In this document: piece by piece, positions 50,632-58,969 of the stretch
How positions within the stretch are numbered: position 1 is the stretch's first letter
Layout of the letters: the number at the start of each line of letters is the position of its first letter
Source: a virus
Strand: one strand, 5' to 3'
IMG/VR virus record: IMGVR_UViG_3300044611_001420
DNA length: 64,000 nt
Translations under genes and position numbers: made by a program
The notes under the pieces: model-generated
Told to the model about the DNA's origin: nothing
Seen by the model: the letters and a program-made list of their open reading frames with translations, nothing else
Database searches by the model: none

Positions 50632-51188
50632 CATTTTTGATTTTTATCATACGCATACTCAGCACAAGGACCATTTTTTCTTACAAAGTGCAGAAAGAGT
50701 TGCATAAATCTATCATTCTTGTGAGTCCTCATAGGACTTCTCCAATGAGGAACGGTCATTCCAAGATAAGCAAGACCACAACCAACAGGAGTTACAACTG
50801 ATTGTTTGTTGCCTTCTAAATCTTTAAGTTTAATTGGCCAAGCAGCATCACCACAGATATTCATTGTGACTGATATTTCACAGGAAGGACGGTCGGTATG
50901 GCAATTCATCCATCCTTTATTGTGATATGTTGTAGAAAACCAGTATGATGGTATAAGTTCTTCACCAACTAATTGTTCTAATGTTGGTTGAATTCTTTTC
51001 ATAACAAAAGCACAAGCAGGTGGTGCATAACAAGTTAATACATTTCCTCTTTCTGGGTCAAAGTGAGTTTTTAATCCTCCTAAATCTTGTATCGCGCCCA
51101 TTAAATTTTTATATTTGACTTGCAATGCGTCTTCTTTTGTAATTATATCTGGTATATAATACCAACCCTTTCTTAAAAATTCACTCAT
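50607..51188 (-). CDS. 2OG-Fe(II) oxygenase
   Basis: HTDRPSCEISVT (HxD)...WPI...HWR...QLFLHFV; the only convincing minus-strand gene. Confidence 0.85.
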   Translation of the reverse strand: MSEFLRKGWYYIPDIITKEDALQVKYKNLMGAIQDLGGLKTHFDPERGNVLTCYAPPACAFVMKRIQPTLEQLVGEELIPSYWFSTTYHNKGWMNCHTDRPSCEISVTMNICGDAAWPIKLKDLEGNKQSVVTPVGCGLAYLGMTVPHWRSPMRTHKNDRFMQLFLHFVRKNGPCAEYAYDKNQKCYDLLNGS

Positions 51189-51236
51189 TTTATCTATGTT
51201 AAATAGTCATATATTTCATATTTATTTTGATAGTTT

Positions 51237-52211
51237 ATGAATAATTTTGTTAAACTCGCACTAGAAAATGGTGGAATAATAAAACCTTTAATATTTGATT
51301 CAAAGGATTTTACTGGTCCTTCTTTAAATAATCCTTCTATTTTAATTTTAAATGAAAAAATAATAGTTAATATTAGAAATGTTAATTATACTTTATATCA
51401 TTCGGAATTGGATAGGTTTGAGCATATCTGGGGTCCCTTAACATATGTTCACCCTGAAGATGATATGCATCTTAGAACTTGGAATTATATTGCACAACTA
51501 GATGATGATTTAAATGTAGAATACTATTCAAAAATAGATACTTCCAAATTTCCAGATCAAGAACTTTGGGAATTTGTTGGTCTTGAAGATGGTCGTTTGG
51601 TAAATTGGGAAGATAAAATTTACTTATGTGGTGTCAGAAGAGACACAACATCTAATGGTGTTGGGAGAATGGAAATGTGCGAACTTGAATTTGATGATGA
51701 ATCTGTAAGGGAGGTATCAAGATACCGAATTCCAGGACCACCACCAGACGATGAATATTGTATGAAAAATTGCACTCCAATAGAAGGAAAACCATTTCAT
51801 TTAATTAAGTGGACGAATCCAACTTGTATTATGAAATTTGACCCAAATGGAGGTGAAACAATAGTCCAAGAAACTACTTCTTATGTTCCTGGATATAATG
51901 ATATGAGAGGTGGTTCTCAAGTTATTAAATACAAAGATGGATATTTAACGATAATTCACGAAACTGATTTATATGATTCGGTTCAAGGTAGGAAGAACGG
52001 AACATATAGGCATAGATTTGTATATTGGAATCATGATTTTACAGAACAAAAATTTTCTAAATTATTTTCTTTCTTAAACATGAAAATAGAATTTTGTTGT
52101 GGTTTGACAAAATATAAAAATGATTACCTAATTACATTTGGTGCATCAGATAATGCTGCATATATTTTAAAAATTTCTGAGTCTTTTCTGGAGGATTTTA
52201 TCAATGAATGA
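51237..52211 (+). CDS. Glycosidase/phosphorylase-like five-bladed beta-propeller (GH130/GH43-like)
   Basis: NPSI...GLEDGRL...KN..P...RGGS...IHE...YRHRF...IEFCCGL...ITFG..D. Confidence 0.6.
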   Translation: MNNFVKLALENGGIIKPLIFDSKDFTGPSLNNPSILILNEKIIVNIRNVNYTLYHSELDRFEHIWGPLTYVHPEDDMHLRTWNYIAQLDDDLNVEYYSKIDTSKFPDQELWEFVGLEDGRLVNWEDKIYLCGVRRDTTSNGVGRMEMCELEFDDESVREVSRYRIPGPPPDDEYCMKNCTPIEGKPFHLIKWTNPTCIMKFDPNGGETIVQETTSYVPGYNDMRGGSQVIKYKDGYLTIIHETDLYDSVQGRKNGTYRHRFVYWNHDFTEQKFSKLFSFLNMKIEFCCGLTKYKNDYLITFGASDNAAYILKISESFLEDFINE

Positions 52212-54090
52212 ACTAATTGATTTTTGTTTGGATACAGAAAATCCTGAAAAAAATTATAAACTAGCTCAGTGGTATGAGAAGCAAAATCATACCGCATCAG
52301 CACACGTTTATTATTTTAGAGCAGCAGAAAGGACAGAGAATAAAAATTTTGCATATACTTCACTTCTTCGTTCTTCCGTTTGCTATAAAAGTCAAGGAAA
52401 ACGAGATGCAACTGAAAAATTATTAATTCATGCTGCTTTATCTTTTCTGACAGAAAGACCAGAGGCATACTATTTTCTTTCTTTGTTTTATGAAAGAAAA
52501 GAAGAATGGGACCAATGTTATTTGTATGCAGACTTTGGATTGAAATGTTATGAAAATGAGGTTGAATCAATAGATTTGCCAGAATATCAAGGAAAGTATG
52601 CACTTATTTACCAAAAAGCACTTGCCTCCTGGTGGTGGGGACGAGGAGAAGAAAGTAAAAAACTTTTTCAATCTCTTAAGAATGATTATTGGAATGTGAT
52701 GAATGATAATTATAAAAATCTTGTTAATGAAAAATTATTTACTTTTTTTAAGCAAGAAAGTGCAAAATACTCCAAGGAAGTAATAAACGTTGATAATGCA
52801 ATTTTAGAAAAATATACTCTTGAAAATAAAGATTTAAAGGTCAGCAATAATGAAGAAGTCGTGGAACCAAATACAATAAGAAAAAAAATAGGTTTTGATG
52901 TTGGAGCATGTGTTGGTGAAACAATCTCTAAATTTGATGGGTTTGATAAAATCTATGCATTTGAACCAGCTCCTCATGTATTTAATATTCTTGTTGAAAA
53001 ACATAAAAATGATCCAAGAATTGAATTTTATGAGATGGCAATATCTGATGAAGATGGGGTAAAATCTCTAAAGTATCATTACAATTATGGTTATTCTTCA
53101 TTTTTAGAAATTGATAAAGAAGGAGAATTTGCAAAAAAATGTCAAGAGTTTGATCCAGGTTTTGATAATATCGTATCAATAATTGATGTCCAAACGAAAA
53201 GGATTGATACTTTTATGCAAGAAAATTGCATTGAACATATAGATTTTCTCAAAATAGATACACAAGGAAATGATTTAAATGTAATTAAATCTCTTGGTAA
53301 AATGATTGATAAAGTTGATACTATAGAGTTGGAAGTTCAGATTAAACCTTTGTATAAAAATTCAAGTTCTAAAGAAGAAATTGTAGATTTTATGCAAAAG
53401 AATAATTTTAATCTCATATCAGAAGAATCAAATAATTTTTTACTAAAAGATTATGAAGAACGACTAACTTTTAAACAAAAAAAAGATAAATCTTGTTTTT
53501 CTATTAATGAATATAAAAAATCAACTTCTTGGATTGTAGATAATTTTTATGATAACCCTGATGAGATTCGTAAATTTGCTTTGGAACAAGAATTTGGAGA
53601 TGAAAGTGTAATTACTGGATTTGTTGGAAGAAGAACATTTAATCAATTCTTATTCCCTAAATTAAAAGAAGCATTTGAATCTGTGATGGGTAAAAAGATT
53701 ACAAAATGGGAAGAACACGGAATGAATGGAAGGTTTCAAATTTGCTGGTCTGGAGAAAGATTGGTCTATCACTGTGATAGTCAAAGATGGGGAGGTATGA
53801 TTTATCTCACACCCAATGCTCCATTTCAATGTGGAACTACATTATATGCTGATAAGAAAAATAGAGCAAGAACTTATTATGACCAAGGATGGGATGAATA
53901 TTGGGCTAATACCCCAGGAGATTGTCATTTAGACAGAACACCATTTGAACCTGTAGATGTATTTGGAAATGTATATAATCGTCTTGTAATTTTTGATGCA
54001 AGTTGTATTCATTCTGCTTCAGAATACTTTGGAACTAATAAGGAAAATGCAAGACTATGGCAAATGTTCTTCTTTGATACGGAGGATTGA
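52204..54090 (+). CDS. TPR + FkbM methyltransferase + 2OG-oxygenase-like fusion
   Basis: RPEAYY.L (TPR); FDVGACVG...AFEP...IDFLKIDTQG (FkbM); IVDNFY..P...HCD...YLTP...YNRLVIFD...HSA...R..Q.FFF (oxygenase). Confidence 0.8.
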   Translation: MNELIDFCLDTENPEKNYKLAQWYEKQNHTASAHVYYFRAAERTENKNFAYTSLLRSSVCYKSQGKRDATEKLLIHAALSFLTERPEAYYFLSLFYERKEEWDQCYLYADFGLKCYENEVESIDLPEYQGKYALIYQKALASWWWGRGEESKKLFQSLKNDYWNVMNDNYKNLVNEKLFTFFKQESAKYSKEVINVDNAILEKYTLENKDLKVSNNEEVVEPNTIRKKIGFDVGACVGETISKFDGFDKIYAFEPAPHVFNILVEKHKNDPRIEFYEMAISDEDGVKSLKYHYNYGYSSFLEIDKEGEFAKKCQEFDPGFDNIVSIIDVQTKRIDTFMQENCIEHIDFLKIDTQGNDLNVIKSLGKMIDKVDTIELEVQIKPLYKNSSSKEEIVDFMQKNNFNLISEESNNFLLKDYEERLTFKQKKDKSCFSINEYKKSTSWIVDNFYDNPDEIRKFALEQEFGDESVITGFVGRRTFNQFLFPKLKEAFESVMGKKITKWEEHGMNGRFQICWSGERLVYHCDSQRWGGMIYLTPNAPFQCGTTLYADKKNRARTYYDQGWDEYWANTPGDCHLDRTPFEPVDVFGNVYNRLVIFDASCIHSASEYFGTNKENARLWQMFFFDTED

Positions 54091-54092
54091 TA

Positions 54093-54863
54093 ATGAACGA
54101 AAAATTAATAAATTTTCCCCCAGTTTATTATATTTCTTTAAGTGATTCTACCGACAGACAACAATCATTTGAAAATCAATTTATTTTAAATGGAATTGAA
54201 AATGTAAAAATGATTGAAGCATATGATGGTAGGAAAGAAGATTATAGGAATAAACCCGATATTGTTGATGGTCTTCATTTTGAGTCTATGGATTCTGGTG
54301 CAATTGCTGCTACAATTTCCCATTTAAAAGCAATATCAGAGTGGTATTATAATTCAGATTCTGATTATGCAATCTTTTTTGAAGATGATATGGCAATAGA
54401 ATCTATAAATTATTGGAATTTCAATTGGCAAGAATTTGCTAAAGAATTACCAAAAGATTGGAATGTAATTCAATTATCATTAATTAAATCAGAGATTCAA
54501 GAAAGTGATATGAAATTGAATCATAGAAATTGGGATATAAATTGGTCTGCAGGAAGTTATTTAATTAAAAAAACTTATGCTAAAAAATTAATAGATTTAT
54601 ATTTTAATAATGAAAAATATTTTTTAAAAGTTGAATATAATGAGGAAACAATTCCTTATATAGAAACTATTTTGTTTTCTCCTGCAGTTAAAAATGCATA
54701 TACAATTCCCTTATTTTATGAAAATATAAATTTTGCTTCAACTTTTTACCCACATTTTATTCAATCAACTCATAAAGGAACTCAAATTGACTCTTCAAAT
54801 TATGTTCGTTATTGGTGGAAAATAAAAGGGAAAGAATTAACTTTAAATGATTTAAAGTTATAA
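54093..54863 (+). CDS. GT25-family glycosyltransferase
   Basis: YYISL....DR...AYDG...GAIA..ISHLKA...IFFEDD; ATG at 54093 (track uses TTG 54087). Confidence 0.8.
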   Translation: MNEKLINFPPVYYISLSDSTDRQQSFENQFILNGIENVKMIEAYDGRKEDYRNKPDIVDGLHFESMDSGAIAATISHLKAISEWYYNSDSDYAIFFEDDMAIESINYWNFNWQEFAKELPKDWNVIQLSLIKSEIQESDMKLNHRNWDINWSAGSYLIKKTYAKKLIDLYFNNEKYFLKVEYNEETIPYIETILFSPAVKNAYTIPLFYENINFASTFYPHFIQSTHKGTQIDSSNYVRYWWKIKGKELTLNDLKL

Positions 54864-54887
54864 TTTATCTTCAAACCTAACAGAGTG

Positions 54888-54916
54888 ATTTTAGTTAGAT
54901 TTTTATGTCTTGTCAA
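54888..54916 (-). promoter_or_regulatory. Putative sigma70 promoter firing antisense into the glycosylation island
   Basis: Minus strand: TTGACA (54916-54911), 17 nt, TAAAAT (54893-54888). Confidence 0.55.
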
Positions 54917-54919
54917 CAC

Positions 54920-54948
54920 TTGACACTCAAAAGTTGTTGATGTATGAT
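54920..54948 (+). promoter_or_regulatory. Sigma70-type early promoter
   Basis: TTGACA (54920-54925), 17 nt, TATGAT (54943-54948). Confidence 0.85.
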
Positions 54949-54953
54949 GAAAA

Positions 54954-55050
54954 GGTCTTCGCAACTTCGTAGCTTTGAGTTGCAAGACCCGTCCTGTGGT
55001 GGGGACGGATTTCAAGGTGGAACAACGGGGGTCTCTGACCCCTTTTTTTT
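54954..55050 (+). ncRNA. Putative structured small RNA, family unassigned
   Basis: Begins at the expected TSS. Stems GGTCTT/AAGACC plus GCAACTT/GAGTTGC, then CGTCCT/GGGACG, then a terminator. GC-rich island in AT-rich DNA. Confidence 0.65.
55028..55050 (+). terminator. Intrinsic terminator
   Basis: GGGGTC-TCT-GACCCC followed by T8. Confidence 0.85.
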
Positions 55051-55057
55051 ATAAATA
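55050..55057 (+). promoter_or_regulatory. T4-type late promoter
   Basis: Exact TATAAATA upstream of the endonuclease. Confidence 0.7.
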
Positions 55058-55080
55058 ATAGTGTATAGTGTGTGTCCCTG

Positions 55081-55776
55081 ATGAAAAATACTTATTATAC
55101 TTATGCTTGGTTAAGAGAAGATAAGACCCCTTACTATGTTGGTAAAGGTATTGGTAATAGAGCATATCGTTCTCATAAAAGAGGCAATAAATATATGCCT
55201 TCTCCACCAAAAGATAGAATAATATTTTTAAAGAAAAATCTAACGGAGTTTGATGCATATAAGCACGAAAATTATATTATCACTATTTTGGGTTTAAAAA
55301 GTGAAGGTGGTTTATTGATTAATATGTCTTATGGTGGAGAAGGAAGTTCTGGAAGAAAACCTAGTGAATATTGTATTGAAAGAACTAAACAAGCAAATAT
55401 AGGGAAAACTCTTACCGAAGAACATAAGAAAAAGGTTTCGCAACAAGTATCTCAAAGGAGATGGTGGAATAATGGAGAAATAGACAAGCATACTATTGAA
55501 TGTCCTGGTGATGGATGGGTTCTTGGTAGATTATTTAATTCTAAAAGTGAGAAATACAAAACAAAAGATTTTGCTGAAAAGTCAAGAAGAACCAATTTGG
55601 GGAAAATTGTTAGTGATGAAACAAAAATGAAACAAAGTCAAAAAAGAAAAGGAAGAAAGTGGTGGAATAATGGAGATAAAACAAAGTTATGTTATGAATG
55701 TCCTGGTGATGGTTGGGTTCAAGGAAGACCTGGACCACTTTTCCAAGTGTCCATTCGGGAATCCCAAGAGCAGTAG
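55081..55776 (+). mobile_element. Free-standing GIY-YIG-like homing endonuclease with NUMOD3-like and duplicated WWNNG..CPGDGW..GR repeats
   Basis: YYTYAWLRED.TPYYVGKG..NR...E...L.N...GGEG; GKTLTEEHKKKVS; ATG at 55081. Confidence 0.8.
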
Positions 55777-55802
55777 TCTCTGGTATGATTACGGAGTAGT
55801 CA
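55733..55802 (+). promoter_or_regulatory. Dyad-box / extended -10 promoter of the VWA-peptidase gene
   Basis: GACCACTT-TTCC-AAGTGTCC, 31 nt, TGg-TATGAT (55784-55789); no TTGACA. Confidence 0.7.
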
Positions 55803-55814
55803 AAAGCAAACCAG

Positions 55815-58004
55815 ATGTCGGTAAATCTAGAAGTTAAAGGAATGCTGGCTAAATGCCTTGCGATGGAAAATATTATCATTGAGCATAAAAAAGTTCCAAC
55901 TGCTATGTTTGATGTTGAACGTAGGGTATTGACTTTACCGACTTGGGACAAAGCAAGTGATACGGTATATACACTTTTGGTTGCCCACGAAGTGGGCCAT
56001 AGTTTGCATACCGATAATATTGACTGGACAAAAGATTACCCAGAAGTGCCCAAAGACTTCGTAAATGTTCTGGAAGATGTTCGTGTAGAACGTCTGATGA
56101 AGAAGAAGTATCCTGGTCTGTCTAGGACTTTCTATAATGGTTATAATGAACTCAACAACGATGATTTCTTCTCCACCAAAGATGAGAAACTGGATGATTT
56201 GAGTTTTATTGACCGAATTAATCTCTACTTCAAGATTGGTGCATTTCACAACATTGCCTTCAATGATGAAGAAAATGAGTTTCTGACTCGTGCTTCATTG
56301 ACGGAAACCTTTGATGAAGTTCTGCAACTTTCCCGTGATATTGTTGAGTTTGTAAAATACAAAAGGCAAAAAATCAGCAATATGCCCACTCCTGGTGGTA
56401 GTGAAGAAATGTCTGGTCCTGGTGGGGAAGAAGTAGAAACTCCTCAACAAACGTCTTCATCTGAAGATGGTGATAATTCTAACGGAAAGAACAAAACTGA
56501 ATTGGATCAAGACTCACAGGGACAGTCTCAATCTGAAGGTGAATCTTTCGGTGAAGAAATGTCCAAGTCTATTGAAGCACCAGAGGGTGGTGGATTCGGG
56601 CAAGACCCAAGTGATAAGCACGGAAAAACTCTTGAAGATGAACTGTCATCTAAAACTTCTCGTTCTTTTGATGAAAAGTCTAAAGATTTGGTGGATAAGT
56701 ATGCTCAAGAAACTCATTATGTGGAACTTCCTAAGATGAATCTTGAGACAATGATTATTCCCAATAATTATATTCATTATAAAGCAAAAGAGCATTACGC
56801 AAGTGTTGGTTCTTGGGTTCGTGATGCTTATGACCTTGCTTGTAAGGAATATAATACCTACAAGAAATCAGCAGAGAAAGAAGTTTCTTATCTGGTAAAG
56901 GAGTTTGAGTGCAAGAAGTCTGCTGACCAGTATGCTCGTTCTAGTGTTGCTAGAACTGGTGTTCTTGATACACAGAAACTTCATACTTACAAGTTTAACG
57001 AAGACCTGTTTAAGAAAGTTTCTGTAGTCCCTGATGGCAAGAATCACGGTCTTATCTTCATTCTTGACTGGTCTGGTTCAATGGGTGAATTCATTCTGGA
57101 TGCATACAAGCAACTTCTAAATCTCATTTGGTTCTGCCGTAAGGTGAATATTCCTTTTGAGGTTTATGCTTTTACTCTTGATTGTCATTCTTATGCAGAA
57201 CTTCAACCAAATCATCCTCCTGTCTATGAAAGGGTTGCAAATGTTCTATCACCTGAGAATTCTTTCCGTTTGATGAACTTCTTCACCAGCAAAACAAATA
57301 CTCGTGTTCTTGAAGAACAACTGAAAAATATTTGGGTTGCTTGTTACTTCTTTCAAAAGAAAATGGGTTCTGTTCCTCGTCATCTTGACCTTTCTGGTTC
57401 TCCTATTGGTGAATCTCTGATGGCACTACACTCTTTGATTCCTGATTTCCAGGCAAAGAATAAACTACAAAAGGTCAATGTCATCTTTCTGACTGACGGG
57501 GAAGGGTATCAGAATTCAGTGACAACTGAAAGAAAACTTGGAGATGGTACAACCAGAATTGGTCATACCAAACACTCTCGGACTTCAATTCGTGATCGTA
57601 AGACTGGTAGAATCTATCAACCTTTGAATTACGATAACTTCCCTTTGTATGCTAAAGTTCTTCTTCAAACAGTCAAAGATAAGTTCCCTATGGTGAATGT
57701 GATTAACTTCCGTATCACCCCTAGTCGTGATTTTTCAAACTGTTATCGTTGGTATGGTGGGGGTCAGTCTTCGGAATACGAAAAAATCAAAACTGATTAT
57801 CGTAAGGAAGGTTGTGTTCAATTTCAAAACACTGGGTTTGACCAATTCAATGTGGTTCTTGCATCTTCTCTTGCTCAAGATGAAGAGTTCTCTGTTCCTG
57901 AGAATGCAACAAAGTCCCAGATTAAATCATCATTTGTGAGGATGTTGGGTAAGAAGAAAACTAACAAGAAACTGCTCAGCAATTTTATTACTCTAGTTGC
58001 CTGA
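55815..58004 (+). CDS. CobT-like metallopeptidase + VWA protein (partner of CobS-like ATPase)
   Basis: HEVGH (HExxH), NVLED.RVE; MIDAS DWSGS and FLTDGE. Confidence 0.85.
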   Translation: MSVNLEVKGMLAKCLAMENIIIEHKKVPTAMFDVERRVLTLPTWDKASDTVYTLLVAHEVGHSLHTDNIDWTKDYPEVPKDFVNVLEDVRVERLMKKKYPGLSRTFYNGYNELNNDDFFSTKDEKLDDLSFIDRINLYFKIGAFHNIAFNDEENEFLTRASLTETFDEVLQLSRDIVEFVKYKRQKISNMPTPGGSEEMSGPGGEEVETPQQTSSSEDGDNSNGKNKTELDQDSQGQSQSEGESFGEEMSKSIEAPEGGGFGQDPSDKHGKTLEDELSSKTSRSFDEKSKDLVDKYAQETHYVELPKMNLETMIIPNNYIHYKAKEHYASVGSWVRDAYDLACKEYNTYKKSAEKEVSYLVKEFECKKSADQYARSSVARTGVLDTQKLHTYKFNEDLFKKVSVVPDGKNHGLIFILDWSGSMGEFILDAYKQLLNLIWFCRKVNIPFEVYAFTLDCHSYAELQPNHPPVYERVANVLSPENSFRLMNFFTSKTNTRVLEEQLKNIWVACYFFQKKMGSVPRHLDLSGSPIGESLMALHSLIPDFQAKNKLQKVNVIFLTDGEGYQNSVTTERKLGDGTTRIGHTKHSRTSIRDRKTGRIYQPLNYDNFPLYAKVLLQTVKDKFPMVNVINFRITPSRDFSNCYRWYGGGQSSEYEKIKTDYRKEGCVQFQNTGFDQFNVVLASSLAQDEEFSVPENATKSQIKSSFVRMLGKKKTNKKLLSNFITLVA

Positions 58005-58011
58005 CCACCTG

Positions 58012-58035
58012 GGGGAGTATTTAATACTCCCCTCT
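58012..58035 (+). terminator. Hairpin, probable terminator
   Basis: GGGGAGTAT-TTA-ATACTCCCC; short T tail. Confidence 0.65.
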
Positions 58036-58043
58036 TATAAATA
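58036..58043 (+). promoter_or_regulatory. T4-type late promoter
   Basis: Exact TATAAATA, 19 nt before ATG 58063. Confidence 0.75.
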
Positions 58044-58062
58044 ACTAAAAAGTATTTGTAAA

Positions 58063-58890
58063 ATGGACGCTAAAGACATTCGCAATCTTCATGAAGCATA
58101 TTTGGAAGTTTATCAAGAACAGCAACTTGATGAAGGACTCAAAAAGGCATTTATAAAAGCATATGGTAGAGCATATGCTACTGCGGGTGATGATTATGCG
58201 GATGAAGATGATTTTGAACGAGAAGCAAAAATTAGATCACATATTGAAAGAAGATATGGACCTGAAACTGCAAAACACGCAGATGAACATGGATATGTTC
58301 AAAGCACAGGAAGAAGATATGGAAGACCTGAACCAAGAATTCAACCAAATAGAAAGTTTAAGACTACAAAAGCAGGAAAAATGCCTAAAAATGCTCAAAA
58401 AGCATTTAAGAATGAGTTGATTCTTAATAAATCCGAAAGAGATAGTCCAACGATTGGTGGAGTACGTAAACCCAAACATTGGGGTAAAGTTGGTGGGGAA
58501 AAAGGACTTCCTGAACAAGTAGACCTCTACGACATCATCCTCTCACACCTTCTTGATGAAGGGTATGCTGAAACTCAAGAAGCAGCAGAAGCAATCATGG
58601 TGAATATGAGTGAAGATTGGAGAGATAGTATTTGTGAAGCAATGGTTGATTCTGGACTAAAAGGTCAAGAAAAGAAAAAAATTAGAAATGAAAGAAACTT
58701 TGAAACAAATACATTATCTAAATCCAAATCCACCAAAGAAAGACATAAAAAGCATAGAGAAATACGAGGTATGAAAAAAATAAAAGGTGATAAAACTGGA
58801 GAAAAAGAATCTTCAATTTTAGCACAAAGTTCTAGGGTTCATAAGTCATATAATAATGGATATAATAGAGATGGTAGTTATATGGGTTGA
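58063..58890 (+). CDS. Late-expressed charged protein with YDIIL.HLLDEGYA.T.EAA.AIMVNMSE.W module
   Basis: Clean ORF with its own late promoter and a downstream hairpin plus T-run (58913-58937). Confidence 0.75.
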   Translation: MDAKDIRNLHEAYLEVYQEQQLDEGLKKAFIKAYGRAYATAGDDYADEDDFEREAKIRSHIERRYGPETAKHADEHGYVQSTGRRYGRPEPRIQPNRKFKTTKAGKMPKNAQKAFKNELILNKSERDSPTIGGVRKPKHWGKVGGEKGLPEQVDLYDIILSHLLDEGYAETQEAAEAIMVNMSEDWRDSICEAMVDSGLKGQEKKKIRNERNFETNTLSKSKSTKERHKKHREIRGMKKIKGDKTGEKESSILAQSSRVHKSYNNGYNRDGSYMG

Positions 58891-58960
58891 GACCACTCCC
58901 CAAACTGTCCCAAGGTGTCCCAGAGGCACCTTTTTTTGTGCTATGATTACGAAGTAATCA
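58891..58960 (+). promoter_or_regulatory. Dyad-box / extended -10 promoter of cobS
   Basis: GACCACTC-CCCA-AACTGTCC, 31 nt, TGc-TATGAT (58942-58947). Confidence 0.7.
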
Positions 58961-58969
58961 AACAAACCG

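Noticed and set aside
54944-55054. Short ORF MMKRSSQLRSFELQDPSCGG... and minus ORF 54809..55015
   Set aside because: Start codons lie in the -10 box upstream of the TSS and the frame runs through the terminator; RNA structure explains the region better.
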